A DNA stretch of 56,732 bases, counting the filler, from Piptocephalis cylindrospora (lineage: Eukaryota): NCBI GenBank assembly GCA_003614145.1. It is 4 parts of 4 records of this genome, joined end to end, with 100 filler letters (N's around TTAATTAATTAA, not from the genome) between each part and the next. Parts side by side here need not be neighbours in the genome. Positions count along the whole stretch, not along the records: positions 1 to 14,163 come from KZ987927.1; positions 14,264 to 28,419 come from KZ987928.1; 2 more parts are not named here. The stretch is one strand, 5' to 3'. Below are positions 11,565 to 22,897 of the stretch, in pieces. Position 1 is the stretch's first letter. Each line of letters opens with the position of its first letter. Both the position numbers and the translations under genes were made by a program. Under the pieces are notes generated by a model that saw only the letters and a list, made by a program, of their open reading frames with translations, was not told the origin of the DNA and did no database searches.

Positions 11565-12829
11565 GAGGATGAATTACTTGAGCTAAGCTAGCGGGGGAAG
11601 GGAAAAAAGACGGGTATGGGATGGTCAATGGGATACCAGTGAGATTGATCATGCTTGCTTTTGCCTCTTGATTGTGGTTTGATATGATTAGTGTCTAGCT
11701 GGTCCTCTTCATCCTTTGAACGATGCATTGGAATGACCCGGCATTTGTTTCCTAATGGGATATAAAAAAACACGATTCAATCTTATGGACATCTCAATAA
11801 AACACCTGATCATCCAATCTGATGGGACGCCTTTGCAATGAGACGTGTTTGTGACATAATGATTTGTCGATCTTCGTCATAGAGTACACTGCTACTCCTT
11901 CCCTGTCATTCAAGTGGGTGATTCAATGCAGTCATCATGTCTACTCTAGACTAACCAATGGACTTGAGCCCAAAGGTCAAGCTGGCTGAATGACGTCGAT
12001 TGATCATGGTAGTGTGATGGAATCAGGAGTCATCCTTTTTTGCATCCTTGCTCTGTAGGACAAAGCGCCCTCTTGCGTGTTGGTGGAGGGAGGGAGGAGG
12101 CCCTTTCAAACCAGCCGCACATCAGCCCAACCTCTAGTGCCTCCCTCGCACATTTGTCCCAGCAACAGCCACATCCTTCCAGTGCGTGTACACGACTGTG
12201 TGTGCTCCCCCTCTTCTTCTCCCTCCCCCTCCTCCTGCTCTTCCTCTACACCCACACACACTACCCATTTTTTCCACACCCACCACACACGCGGTCGTCT
12301 CTTCCCCCTCACCTTCACAAAGCCCCATCTTTCCGTCACCGCCCGGCGTCCCACTGCTCGCTCCCAGCCCTCTCTCTTTCTCTTTCTCCTTCCCTTCTCC
12401 CTCCCTCCTTCCTCTCCTTTTCCTCCCCCGTCTCCTCTATCAGTACCTGAGCACCACCCCCTGGTGCTTCCCTTGCCCACCATTCTGCGCTCCAAGCCCC
12501 CGATCCTTAAGCCAGCCATCCATACGCCGGCCTACTTGATCCTTCTTGTGTCGGTCCTCCTTCCTTTTCTTTTCGTCTCCGTCTACCGTCCCCATCACCC
12601 CGTGGTCCCAGGTACCACATCCTCTTCCACCACCACGTCCCCTGCTCCGCCTCCTCCTGCTGCAGCTGAGGAGCCCGCCAAGCAGGAATCATCCACCCTC
12701 GCGCCCCCCTCTCCCTTAGTGGATCCCAAAGTCGTTCTGGAGGACATTGCTGAACAGGCTGCCCTGAAGCGCGCAGCCGCCACTTCTGGCACCTACAAGG
12801 GCCCCAACAACTACAACGTCAACCCCAAC

Positions 12830-13922
12830 ATGACCAGTGTTGCCCGGGTGTACGCGAACGTCCTGACCCAGGAAGACCGAGAGTACTGGGATTATGATAA
12901 TGTCCAGATCACCTGGGGTTCCCAGGAGAATTACGAGGTCGTCCGGAAGATCGGACGTGGCAAGTACTCGGAGGTCTTTGAGGGTGTGGCTATCCCCGCT
13001 GACCCGACCGAGCCGCCTCGTCGGTGCGTGATCAAGGTGCTGAAGCCGGTGAAGAAGAAGAAGATTAAGCGGGAGATTAAGATCCTGCAGAATCTCTCGG
13101 GTGGCCCCAACATTGTCCAGCTCCTTGACGTGGTGCGGGACCCCACGTCCAAGACCCCGGCACTAATTTCGGAACACGTCAACAATCAGGATTTTAAGGT
13201 TTTGTACCCCACTCTGACGGATATGGACGTCCGGTACTACATCTATGAGCTTCTCCTTGCCCTGGACTACTGTCACTCTAAGGGTATCATGCATCGGGAT
13301 GTCAAGCCCCATAATGTCATGATTGATCATGAGAAGCGGCAGCTTCGTCTCATCGACTGGGGCCTCGCCGAATTCTACCATCCGGGTACGGAGTATAATG
13401 TCCGTGTGGCTTCTCGGTACTTTAAGGGTCCAGAGCTTCTCTTGGACTTTCAAGAGTACGATTATTCTCTCGACATGTGGTCTCTTGGCTGCATGTTTGC
13501 TGGCATGGTGAGTTCTATCTTGAATTACCTTTTTATCCTTCTCCTTTTGGGGTAGGAGGGTGCACCGACTTACCCCAACCTACGCGTAGATCTTCCGTAA
13601 GGACCCCTTCTTCCACGGCCAGGATAACTATGACCAGCTGGTCAGGATAGCTCGTGTCCTCGGGACGGATGCCCTGTTCCAGTATGTGGAAAAGTACGAG
13701 ATTGATCTGGATCCCCAGTACGATGACATTCTGGGTCGGTATCAACGACGACCCTGGGAAAAGTTTGTCACGCCCGAGAACCAGAGGTACATCTCCAAGG
13801 CGGCCCTGGACTTTCTGGACAAGCTCCTTCGGTACGATCACCAGGAGCGACTCACTGCGCAAGAGGCCATGGAGCACCCCTACTTTGCCCCCGTCCGTGC
13901 TGAGCGCGAGGGTAAGATGTGA
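12830..13922 (+). CDS. CKA1: Casein kinase II catalytic subunit alpha
   Basis: MTSVARVYA...[56 protein letters not shown]. Exons 12830-13507 and 13590-13922. The first in-frame ATG is 12830. Confidence 0.97.
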
Positions 13923-14074
13923 GTTGGAGTGTAGGGTCTATCCTGGTTCTGGGATGGCTAGAGTGGTGTTGGTGTGTGTGTATGGCGTGTGTGGCTGTCA
14001 CGAGAGACTCAATGGATGTGAAGAGGATTTGTCCATGTGTTCTGTTATCGCTTGAAGAATTCAATGTGATTCAT

Positions 14075-14105
14075 GTGTGTGTGGTGTGTGGTGTGTGTGT
14101 GTGTA

Positions 14106-14163
<58 letters not shown>
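14075..14163. repeat. (GT)n / (ATGTGT)n microsatellite at contig end
   Basis: Directly visible; abuts the N-run. Confidence 0.9.
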
Positions 14164-14263
14164 NNNNNNNNNNNNNNNNNNNNNNNNNNNNNNNNNNNNN
14201 NNNNNNNTTAATTAATTAANNNNNNNNNNNNNNNNNNNNNNNNNNNNNNNNNNNNNNNNNNNN
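14164..14263. other. Artificial contig linker (N-TTAATTAATTAA-N)
   Basis: N-runs flank a six-frame-stop spacer; the same structure occurs three times. Confidence 0.95.
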
Positions 14264-14582
14264 ACAAGGGTGTCTTGAGATGAATACTATTCACCTTTCT
14301 TCCCTCTCTTACTTCCATTTCTATCTTTAGCCCATCTTGTCGTTCGTTGATCACTCGTCTCTTCCTCAGCTTGTTTATTTGACCGCCTGTGCTTCGTATA
14401 CGTCCCGTTCATCCTACTCCACATCCTTATCCGGGTTCAACCCTTGTCTATTTATTCGCTACGGGCATATCATTGCCACTGATCTCCTCGTCTCTTCCAC
14501 AACCGCTTTATTCACCTTCTTGTCTCCTGGTCTTGTTCTCTTCATCAGCATTTTGCTGACCCTTTCCATATCCCTGATCCTC

Positions 14583-17303
14583 ATGCCCCCTCCCTCGCTA
14601 CTAGGGCAGTATGTAAGTTCAAGGGTGGAAACGGTGACCATCCATCCTTGCCCCACTCACCCATCTCCCCTATGTGATAGGCCTTGGGGGAATGTCTGGG
14701 GAAGGGTGCATATGGTTCGGTTTTTCGGGGATTTAACACGCAAACCGGAGAAAGTGTCGCGGTAAAACGCATCAAGCTCAAAGCCCTTTCTCCTTCAGAT
14801 ACTGAGCGATTGATGGTGAGTCACAGGTCTTTTTACTGGGGTGGGACCATGCTAAATCCAATATATCCTTACAACTCACTCTTCCCTCTCTTTCTAGGAC
14901 GAAGTAACGATCTTGAAGCGGGTCCGGGTATGTCCTGCTTTTGATGATATGGCAGAGAAAGGAAAAAATATTCATCTTCTACTCACACGACCATCTTGAA
15001 ACCATTTCTCTTCCTCCCTCCCTTCCTTCAGCACCCTAATATTGTGTGCTTCTACAATTATCACCTTGACGCCCGGTACTTGCACATTTTTCTCGAGTAA
15101 ATATTCATTTATGGATGGACGTATGCTCAGAAGGAATGTTCAGACCTACTCAGTCCATCTTCAACCCTCTCTTACCATCAGATATTGCGAAGGGAGTTCT
15201 TTAGAGGCTTTGTACAGAAAGTTTGGTGTCATGGCCGAGCCATTAGCAACTCGGTACATCGTGCAGATCTTGGAGGGTTTATGTTTCATTCATGATCGAG
15301 GTATTATCCATAAGGACGTTAAAGGTATGTGCACGGGTTTCTCTTGCCTTTGAGCCTCCCATCTCACGCTTGTTCTGCACTCTTAGCAAGTAACATTCTC
15401 ACGACAAAGGATGGGTCTATCAAATTGGCCGACTTTGGCGCCTCTTCGGAGGCCAACCGTCCGGACCAGAGTACCATAGGATCGCCATATTGGATGGCCC
15501 CGGAGGTCATTCACTTACAAAATGTGGATTTTGCCTCGGATGTGTGGAGCCTTGGGTGTACGGTCCTGGAACTCTTGCAGGCTCGCCCTCCCTATGCTGA
15601 CCTTTCACCCGTGCAGGCCCTTTTCCGGATGGTTAATGATCTCCACCCTCCCTTTCCGGAGAAGATGAGCGACGCGGGAGATGATTTTTTAAGGAGGTGT
15701 CTCCAGCAGGATCCCAAGCATCGATATCCCGTCCGCCGACTATTGCAGCATTCATGGCTGACAAGCGCAAGAAGAAAGGTAGGGGAGAGAGGGAGTGGTG
15801 TGTATTTACAATATTTCTGATGTAGTATATCTGTAGATATTCTTGAAACAAGCTGGATCAGATGAAAAGAGATTGTCAAGTCCTACCAGTGCACCTGTGA
15901 GCCAGACAGCCAGGACCCAGGTTCCTAGAAGGGCCAAGACCATGGCCGAGGCTGACATGGGATCCGAAGAAAGGTTTTATCTGGCTGATGAAGAGGGGGA
16001 CGAAGGGGAAGAGGCAGGCGGGGATGGGGATACAGCGGGCTTATCCTCCGAGGGAGAGGTGAATTGGTCCAGTTCCTCATCTCATCCTGATTCACCTTTG
16101 CACGAGGACAAGGGAAAAAACACAGGGATTTCAGTATTCCCCTTGTCCTCTCCATTATCCCTGAATCCCCAGGGGGAGCCCTCATCTGCCTCATCTACAC
16201 CCAAAGCTCCCTTGAAGCGTATGGTTTTATCGGATTCTGAGGAAATAGGAGAGAGATTGGGGAGGGGGGGAAGGGGAGCTAGAGGAAGGGCCGGAAGTGT
16301 GGAGGGGGTTTGGGAGGAGGGAATAAGGGGTCATCCTCAATCCCACCCTACCGCTTCCTCTCCAACACCTCAAAAGTCCAAGATTGGTGGGATGAGGAGA
16401 AGGCTAAAAGGAAGGAGCGTGGAGGGGAACAGGACAGTTAGGCCGACATCCTCTTCAGGAAGCAAGTATGGAGTAGCTAATGATGAGGAGGAGGCAGATA
16501 ATTTGGATGAGGCGTTTGCTCAAGCTGCTACGAGAGTTCAGCTTCCTCGGTTCCGGTCGATCTATGAGCAGGTGGCTTTTCTTACCCTGTCAGGGCCCTC
16601 CTCTAGGGATCCCACTCTCTCGCCCCCTTCCCTCCCAACAACGACGATGCAACCCACCTCCTTTTCCTTCTCCTCTGCCTCCGCCTCCACCTCTACCAAT
16701 ACCACCACCAATACTACGACTAGCACGGCCTCCAACCCCTCACCTCCACCAGGGGCTCATGGAAGGATGAGATGGAAGGGTCGATCTGGGGGCCATCGGA
16801 TCCGACCCGAGTCTCCGGGATCCCCACTGGATGACTATGCCCGTCCTAGGTCGGTAGACCGTTGTAGGTCAGTGGATCAGCCAGGATTGACTGAGCGGCC
16901 AGGCTCAACAGACCGGACCAATAGTAGTATAGGAAGCTCAAGATGGAGTGAGACGCAGGACGAAGAAGATGAGTATGAGGGCCTGGTGAGTGGGGAGGAG
17001 GAGGAAGAGTTTGTTCGACGGATTCATGATTTCCAGGTAGGTGCTCTGAAGACATGCTAGGGGCGGGGAATGAGAAGGATGGACAGAACACTCATTCTTT
17101 GCCCATATGATCTGTGGATTTGCAATGGGGAGGGAGATAGAGAAGGACCCACCAGCTTTCCCATCCCATAGCGACGTCAATCCCCTCCCATCTGTCCTCC
17201 CCCCCAGATTCTGGAGAGTCCCATAAAATGGGGTTTCCTTGAAGAGAATGAAGGAGAGGAGGAGGTGAGCAGTTTGATGAGTGAGGGGAGGAGGGAGTCA
17301 TAA
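14583..17303 (+). CDS. STE-group Ser/Thr kinase, Cdc7/SepH/Cdc15-like kinase domain with a low-complexity tail
   Basis: LGECLGKGAYGSVFRG..TGESVAVK, HPNIV, HKDVK.ASNIL, KLADFG, GSPYWMAPE, QALFRMVND.HPP.P. Approximate exons 14583-14612, 14681-14815, 14898-14927, 15033-15096, 15182-15324, 15388-15778, 15837-17036, 17209-17303. The 3' end is less certain. Confidence 0.85.
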
Positions 17304-17424
17304 TAGATGTTGTATAGGAACTGCTTACTCCCATAATCAGTACCACGTCCTTTTTTCTTCTTTACTTTGATCTATTTCCTAGTATTTTTGTTGAGGTATC
17401 CTACGCAGGAGGCCCGCTGACAAC

Positions 17425-18890
17425 CTATTGATCAACACCAAAGGAAGGGATACCCGTGATGGCTTTGCCGAGAATAAGGGCATGTATATCGTGGGTACCC
17501 TCGTAGGTGTTGACGGCCTCGAGGTTCATGACATGACGGATGATGTGATACTCGTCGTTGATGCCATTTCCACCCAGGATATCCCGCATCTCTCGGGCAA
17601 TGGCTAGGGATTTGCCGCAGTTATTGCGTTTGATTAATGAGATCATCTCCGGGGCCACGCGGCCCTCATCCTTGAGCCTGCCTACCCGAAGGCACGCCTG
17701 GGTCCCAAGGGCAATTTCGGCATGAGCATCTGCCAGCTTTTTCTGGATGAGCTGAAATCGGGCTAATGGAGCGCCAAATTGAGTTCTAAGGTGAAGGGGA
17801 TGAGCTTGACTGTATGAATCTCAAAATACTACTGTGGCTTACCGGTTCAAGGCATATTCCCTAGCCTGGACAAGACAAGAGTTGGCGGCACCAAGGGCGC
17901 CCCAAGAAATGCCATACCGTGCATTGTTCAGGCAGCCGAAGGGGCCCTTGAGGCCATGGACATTCGGAAGGAGGTTTTCCTTGGGGACGGGAACATCCTC
18001 CATAAAGATGCCTCCGGTAATGCTCGCACGAAGGGAGAATTTCCCGTTGATCTTGGGAGCAGAGAGACCGGGCATACCCTTTTCCAGAACAAATCCCTTG
18101 ATCTTACCTCCGTCGTCCAAGTCCTTGGCCCAGACGACAAATACATCGGCGATGGGGCTGTTGGTAATCCAGGTTTTGGAACCGCTCAGACGGTAGGAGT
18201 CACCGGAGCGACGGGCAACCGTAGACATGCCAGCGGGATCAGAGCCATGATCGGGTTCGGTGAGGCCAAAGCACCCCACGAGTTCGCCGCTCCCCAGGCC
18301 CGGAAGCCACTTTTCCCTTTGGGCATCGGTGCCGTAAGCCCAGATGGGATGCATGACTAGGGAGGATTGAACGGACATGGCGCTTCGGTAGCCCGAGTCA
18401 ACGGCCTCGACCTCTCTGGAAATAAGTCCATAGGCTACCGAGGAAGCCTCGGCCCCATATGGTCCTGGTAGGGTAGCACCTAGCATGCCTAGTTCACCGA
18501 ATTCCCGCATGATATCTAGGTCAAAGTGTTCCTCCCGAGTGGCTTTGATGACACGGGGAAGGAGCTTTTCCTGGCAATAGGACCTTGCAGTGTCACTGAA
18601 GAGGAAGTAATGTATGCGAGCTGTGAGGGGAGAGAGAGAGAGAGAGAGATGGTGAGAAGGAAGAGAACTTACCGAACTAGAATTTCCTCCTCAGTCAATT
18701 GACTCTCCAGGTCCAATGGGTCCTCCCAGTTGTACTTGGCTAGCTTGGCCGGACCATTGGAGGCCAGGGTCCGGGGGGTAGCGTGTAAGTTCCGGAGGAG
18801 ATACTGACTAGTGATGGGTCTCTTGGAGGCAAGGCCGAATCCACGAGTGAGCATTCGACCAGAAGTGGGCATACCGGAAAGGAGGGACAT
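17425..18890 (-). CDS. GCDH: Glutaryl-CoA dehydrogenase, mitochondrial
   Basis: [70 protein letters not shown]; Arg/Ser/Leu-rich presequence. Exons 18890-18673, 18595-17843, 17785-17425. Confidence 0.95.
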
Positions 18891-19351
18891 GGTGGTGGTG
18901 GTGGTGGTGGTAGCGAAAGATGAATAGATGGTTGGATTCAGAGAAGGCGAGGATGAGAGGAGTTGGAATTCCCCCACCAGGATGGACGGGGCCAAGAGCC
19001 GGGGGAAGGGTGAATATTTATACTATGTCCGGGAGTGCTTATCCGGTCACCTGATCCAGTTCTCTCTTCCACGTTAGAGCGTCTCCATGACGCCGTTTCC
19101 GTACGCGCTGGTGTGTGGGGCGGGGAAAGGCCGTGGGAGTTCGGTGGGGCTTTACCCCACGCGCAGACGGGTTCTTTCCCATGGGCGCTTGCTCTGGGGG
19201 AAATTTGGGGCCGTGTATGTATGTATGTATGTATGTGTTATTGTTATCATTACTATCCTCACTCTCTTTGGGCCTGGTGCTGGGACTAAATAACGCATTT
19301 GCAGGACAATGGCCATTTGGTTGTATAAAAATTTATTGTCTTATGGGGAAA

Positions 19352-19844
19352 CATACTGTTGTGTAGCTGGATGGCAGTGGTGAGGTCGCTCGGTAGGCCT
19401 AGGTGTGCGGCGAGTAGGGCTGAGTGAGCAAACATAGCTGGGCGGTGTCTGTGGAGCTACGTATGGAAGAAGTCTATGTAAGGGATTGGTCTGAGAGGCC
19501 GCTTTAATAGGCATTGATGCGACGACGGGCCACATAACGGATGATGGTGATATATAAGGCTGAGCGCGTAGCGCCCAGGAAGATGGGCCAGGGGCGTGGG
19601 AGAGGTTCGATCCTTCCCTTTTCCTTTCATCAGTATACTCTTATTCTCGTCCAGTTCCCCTTCTCTTTTCCCTCTCTGATTTATACTGTGTTTGCGTTCT
19701 AGTCGTAGCGTTCTGTCGACCCCATATTCATCTCACATCATATCACCCGGCACAGCAACTGTCTCTCTGACTGACCTCCCCCCAGTCAAATCAATCACAC
19801 CTGCTAAATTCGGCGAAATCAAGCACAGAAAAATTACCCAACAG
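19352..19844 (+). repeat. Left arm of a long inverted repeat
   Basis: 19438-19844 is the reverse complement of 22410-22816 (407 bp, only ~3 mismatches seen by eye); more diverged homology extends outward to ~19352/~22897. Confidence 0.95.
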
Positions 19845-20141
19845 TGTCATCCTTGCGTTTCTAGCGCATTTTATTTCATGAAGAATGGTTTTCTGCAAGA
19901 AGGATAATGAAGAAAAGGTTCCATGGTGGTATAAACATCGGCTCAGTTTCACAATAGATAGTATAAGACAGCAGTCAAAATGATCACGCTATACTCAATC
20001 ATACTGCATACATAAGGGATAAATAATAGCGTAATACGTATTCCCTACACAATTGGATGGTTAAACGATAAATTCTATATTGATCAGGAGCTTGGTCCGC
20101 TCAGATAGGTAATGATATCGATTATTTTTCTGCCGAAAATC

Positions 20142-21312
20142 TTAAAAAAGAAAACGATAGTCTTGGACGGGTTCAGGGGCATTTCCGAGAATATCGTCCA
20201 CCTCCTTCATCAGATCATCGGTGAGGAGCTTGGAAATTTTCAAGGCCTTGATGTTCTCCCGAACCTGTTCAGGTCGACTGGCGCCGGTGATAACTGAGCT
20301 AATATGAGGATTGCGAAGACACCAGGCCAGAGCCAGTTGAGCTTGTGTGCATCCGAGCTTCTCAGCCACGGGAGCAAGGAGCCGAACTCGTCGAATTTTG
20401 TCCTTGCCCTCATCAGTCTCGAGCCTCGAGCGGATGTCGCTCATCACAAAGTCATTCTTAAGGGAAAGACGCGTCCCCTCGGGGATCCCATCGTTGTACT
20501 TGCCGGTCAGAAGGCCTGAGGCTAGAGGAGACCAGATGGTCGTACCCAGGCCTGGGTTCTTGTAGAGTGGGGCATACTCCACCTCCACCCGCTTCCTCTG
20601 GAACATGTTGTATTCGGGCTGCTCCATCACTGGGCCCACCAGGCCCAGACGACTAGCTACCGCATGTGCTTCCGTGATCTGGGCTGCGCTCCACTCACTG
20701 GTCCCCCAGTAAAAGGCCTTTCCCTGATCGATCACATGGTTAAACGCTCGGACCGTCTCCTCCATGGGAGTCGCTGGGTCTGGGCGATGGGCGTACAGGA
20801 GATCTACGTAGTCAAGACTGAGCCGGGCCAGAGAGGCATTGGTGCCCTCGATGATGTGCTTTCGGGAGAGACCTCGATCATTAGGGCCCTTGCCGGCCCA
20901 GAAGAGCTTGGTGGAAATGACCAGGTCGGACCTTTTCCACCCATACTTTTTAATGGCCTGCCCCATCACAACTTCACTTTGTCCATCTATAAACGGCAGA
21001 GAGGTAAGGGGGATGTCGGGTCAGAGGCTGGGTAGAGGGCCCCTAATGGACGTCTAGGAGGACTTACCGGCATACACCTCAGCCGTGTCGAAAAAATTGA
21101 TGCCCGCATCATACGCGGCCTTCATGCACTCAAAGGTTACATTTCCATCGACTTGATTACCGAATGTGACCCTGAGACAGACGGATGAGTAGAGGCCAAA
21201 TGGGCTGTGATGCCTTTCGCTCTCCAGGGATAACTTACCATCCTCCAAGTGAAAGGGCGGATACTTTGAGGCCGCTGTTGCCAAGAAAACGGTATTCCAT
21301 TTCAGTAGTCAT
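20142..21312 (-). CDS. Aldo-keto reductase, voltage-gated K+ channel beta-subunit-like (AKR6 type)
   Basis: [72 protein letters not shown]. Exons 21312-21239, 21171-21068, 20986-20142. Confidence 0.93.
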
Positions 21313-21573
21313 TTTGAGGGGATGTGATATAGCTTAGGAGGAAAGATATAATGGGGAAACAATGAATGGTTTTCTTTACAATCCCCCCCTTCTCGCTTGC
21401 TTCCTGTGAGGGGTATTTATAGATTTTGGGCTGGTCTGATGTTACAAAACCCTTAGGAACTTGCTATCTCATTATATTGGAGAATGGTAATCTTTTCCCG
21501 TGAAGCCCAGTAAATTAGATGATTATATCAGCAGCATGCCAAGGAAAAAACCATTAAAAGCATCAAAGCATTC

Positions 21574-22119
21574 CTAGTGCTTGGAATTCGCCACGTAGCT
21601 GAAAGAGGTAGGCATGGGAAGGAAATGACAAAGTATTTAGGATGTATCTAAATCCTTTTCTGTGAAATCTGGTAAATTACCTTGTACTAGTAATGCGCTC
21701 AAGAAAAATCAGGTCTAGAGCGCCTCTAGTGTTTGGAATTCGCCACGTAGCTGGAAGTGGTAGACGTCGGAAGAAGATATAGGAAAACTCCGAGGATGTA
21801 TCTGAATCCTTTTCTGTGAAACCTGGTAAATTGGTTGTACTAGTAATGCGCTCAAGAAAAATCAGGTCTAGAGCGCCTCTAGTGTTTGGAATTCGCCACG
21901 TAGCTGGAAGTGGTAGACGTCGGAAGAAGATATAGGAAAACTCCGAGGATGTATCTGAATCCTTTTCTGTGAAACCTGGTAAATTGGTTGTACTAGTAAT
22001 GCGCTCAAGAAAAATCAGGTCTAGAGCGCCTCTAGTGTTTGGAATTCGCCACGTAGCTGGAAGTGGTAGACGTCGGAAGAAGATATAGGAAAACTCCGAG
22101 GATGTATCTGAATCCTTTT
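21574..22119. repeat. 153-bp tandem repeat, ~3.6 copies
   Basis: Units start at 21574 (diverged), 21726, 21879 and 22032 (CTAGTG[T/C]TTGGAATTCGCCACGTAGCTG...). The last three look identical over their shared length. Confidence 0.95.
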
Positions 22120-22409
22120 GTATACAACCTGATGGGAATACTTCTTAGGTTGGATTATATCAGCAACATGCTATGACGCTAAACGCTCCTGGCCCTTGGG
22201 ATCGACCACACTGTCCCTCCTGTCCCCTGATCGTGCAGAGGGTCTAGCATTATGTCAGGTGTAAGTCTCACAAGCACACACGACAAAGCAGATGTGCCCA
22301 CTCGCCGAGGTCCTGGTTGCACAGGTGTCAGAATGACAACGCGACCTATCAACTCACAATTAGAAAAAACGTCAGAATAGATAGAAAACCTATATATTTT
22401 TTAGGGCCT

Positions 22410-22897
22410 CTGTTGGGTAATTTTTCTGTGCTTGATTTCGCCGAAATTTGCGGGTGTGATTGATTTGACTGGGGGGAGGTCAGTCAGAGAGACAGTTGCT
22501 GTGCCGGGTGATATGATGTGAGATGAATATGGGGTCGACAGAACGCTACGACTAGAACGCAAACACAGTATAAATCAGAGAGGGAAAAGAGAAGGGGAAC
22601 TGGACGAGAATAAGAGTATACTGATGAAAGGAAAAGGGAAGGATCGAACCTCTCCCACGCCCCTGGCCCATCTTCCTGGGCGCTACGCGCTCAGCCTTAT
22701 ATATCACCATCATCCGTTATGTGGCCCGTCGTCGCATCAATGCCTATTAAAGCGGCCTCTCAGACCAATCCCTTACATAGACTTCTTCCATACGTAGCTC
22801 CACAGACACCGCCCAGTTACGCTGGCTTAGTCCTACTCGCCACACACCTAGGTCTACAGAGCGACCTCATCACCACCATTCCGCTACGCAACGCCAT
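22410..22897 (-). repeat. Right arm of the long inverted repeat
   Basis: Reverse complement of 19352-19844. Confidence 0.95.

Noticed and set aside
12077..12440. ORF-track start of CK2 at 12077
   Set aside because: Non-ATG start within low-complexity CT/CA-rich leader where stops are rare by composition; only the part after ~12440 looks coding.
19560..19622. tRNA or tRNA-Sec gene suggested by GGTTCGATCC
   Set aside because: No cloverleaf, acceptor stem or anticodon arm can be built; only a T-arm/B-box-like hairpin.
21574..22119. Regular repeat array as a possible CRISPR
   Set aside because: Whole 153-bp units repeat with no unique spacers; eukaryotic context; no cas genes.
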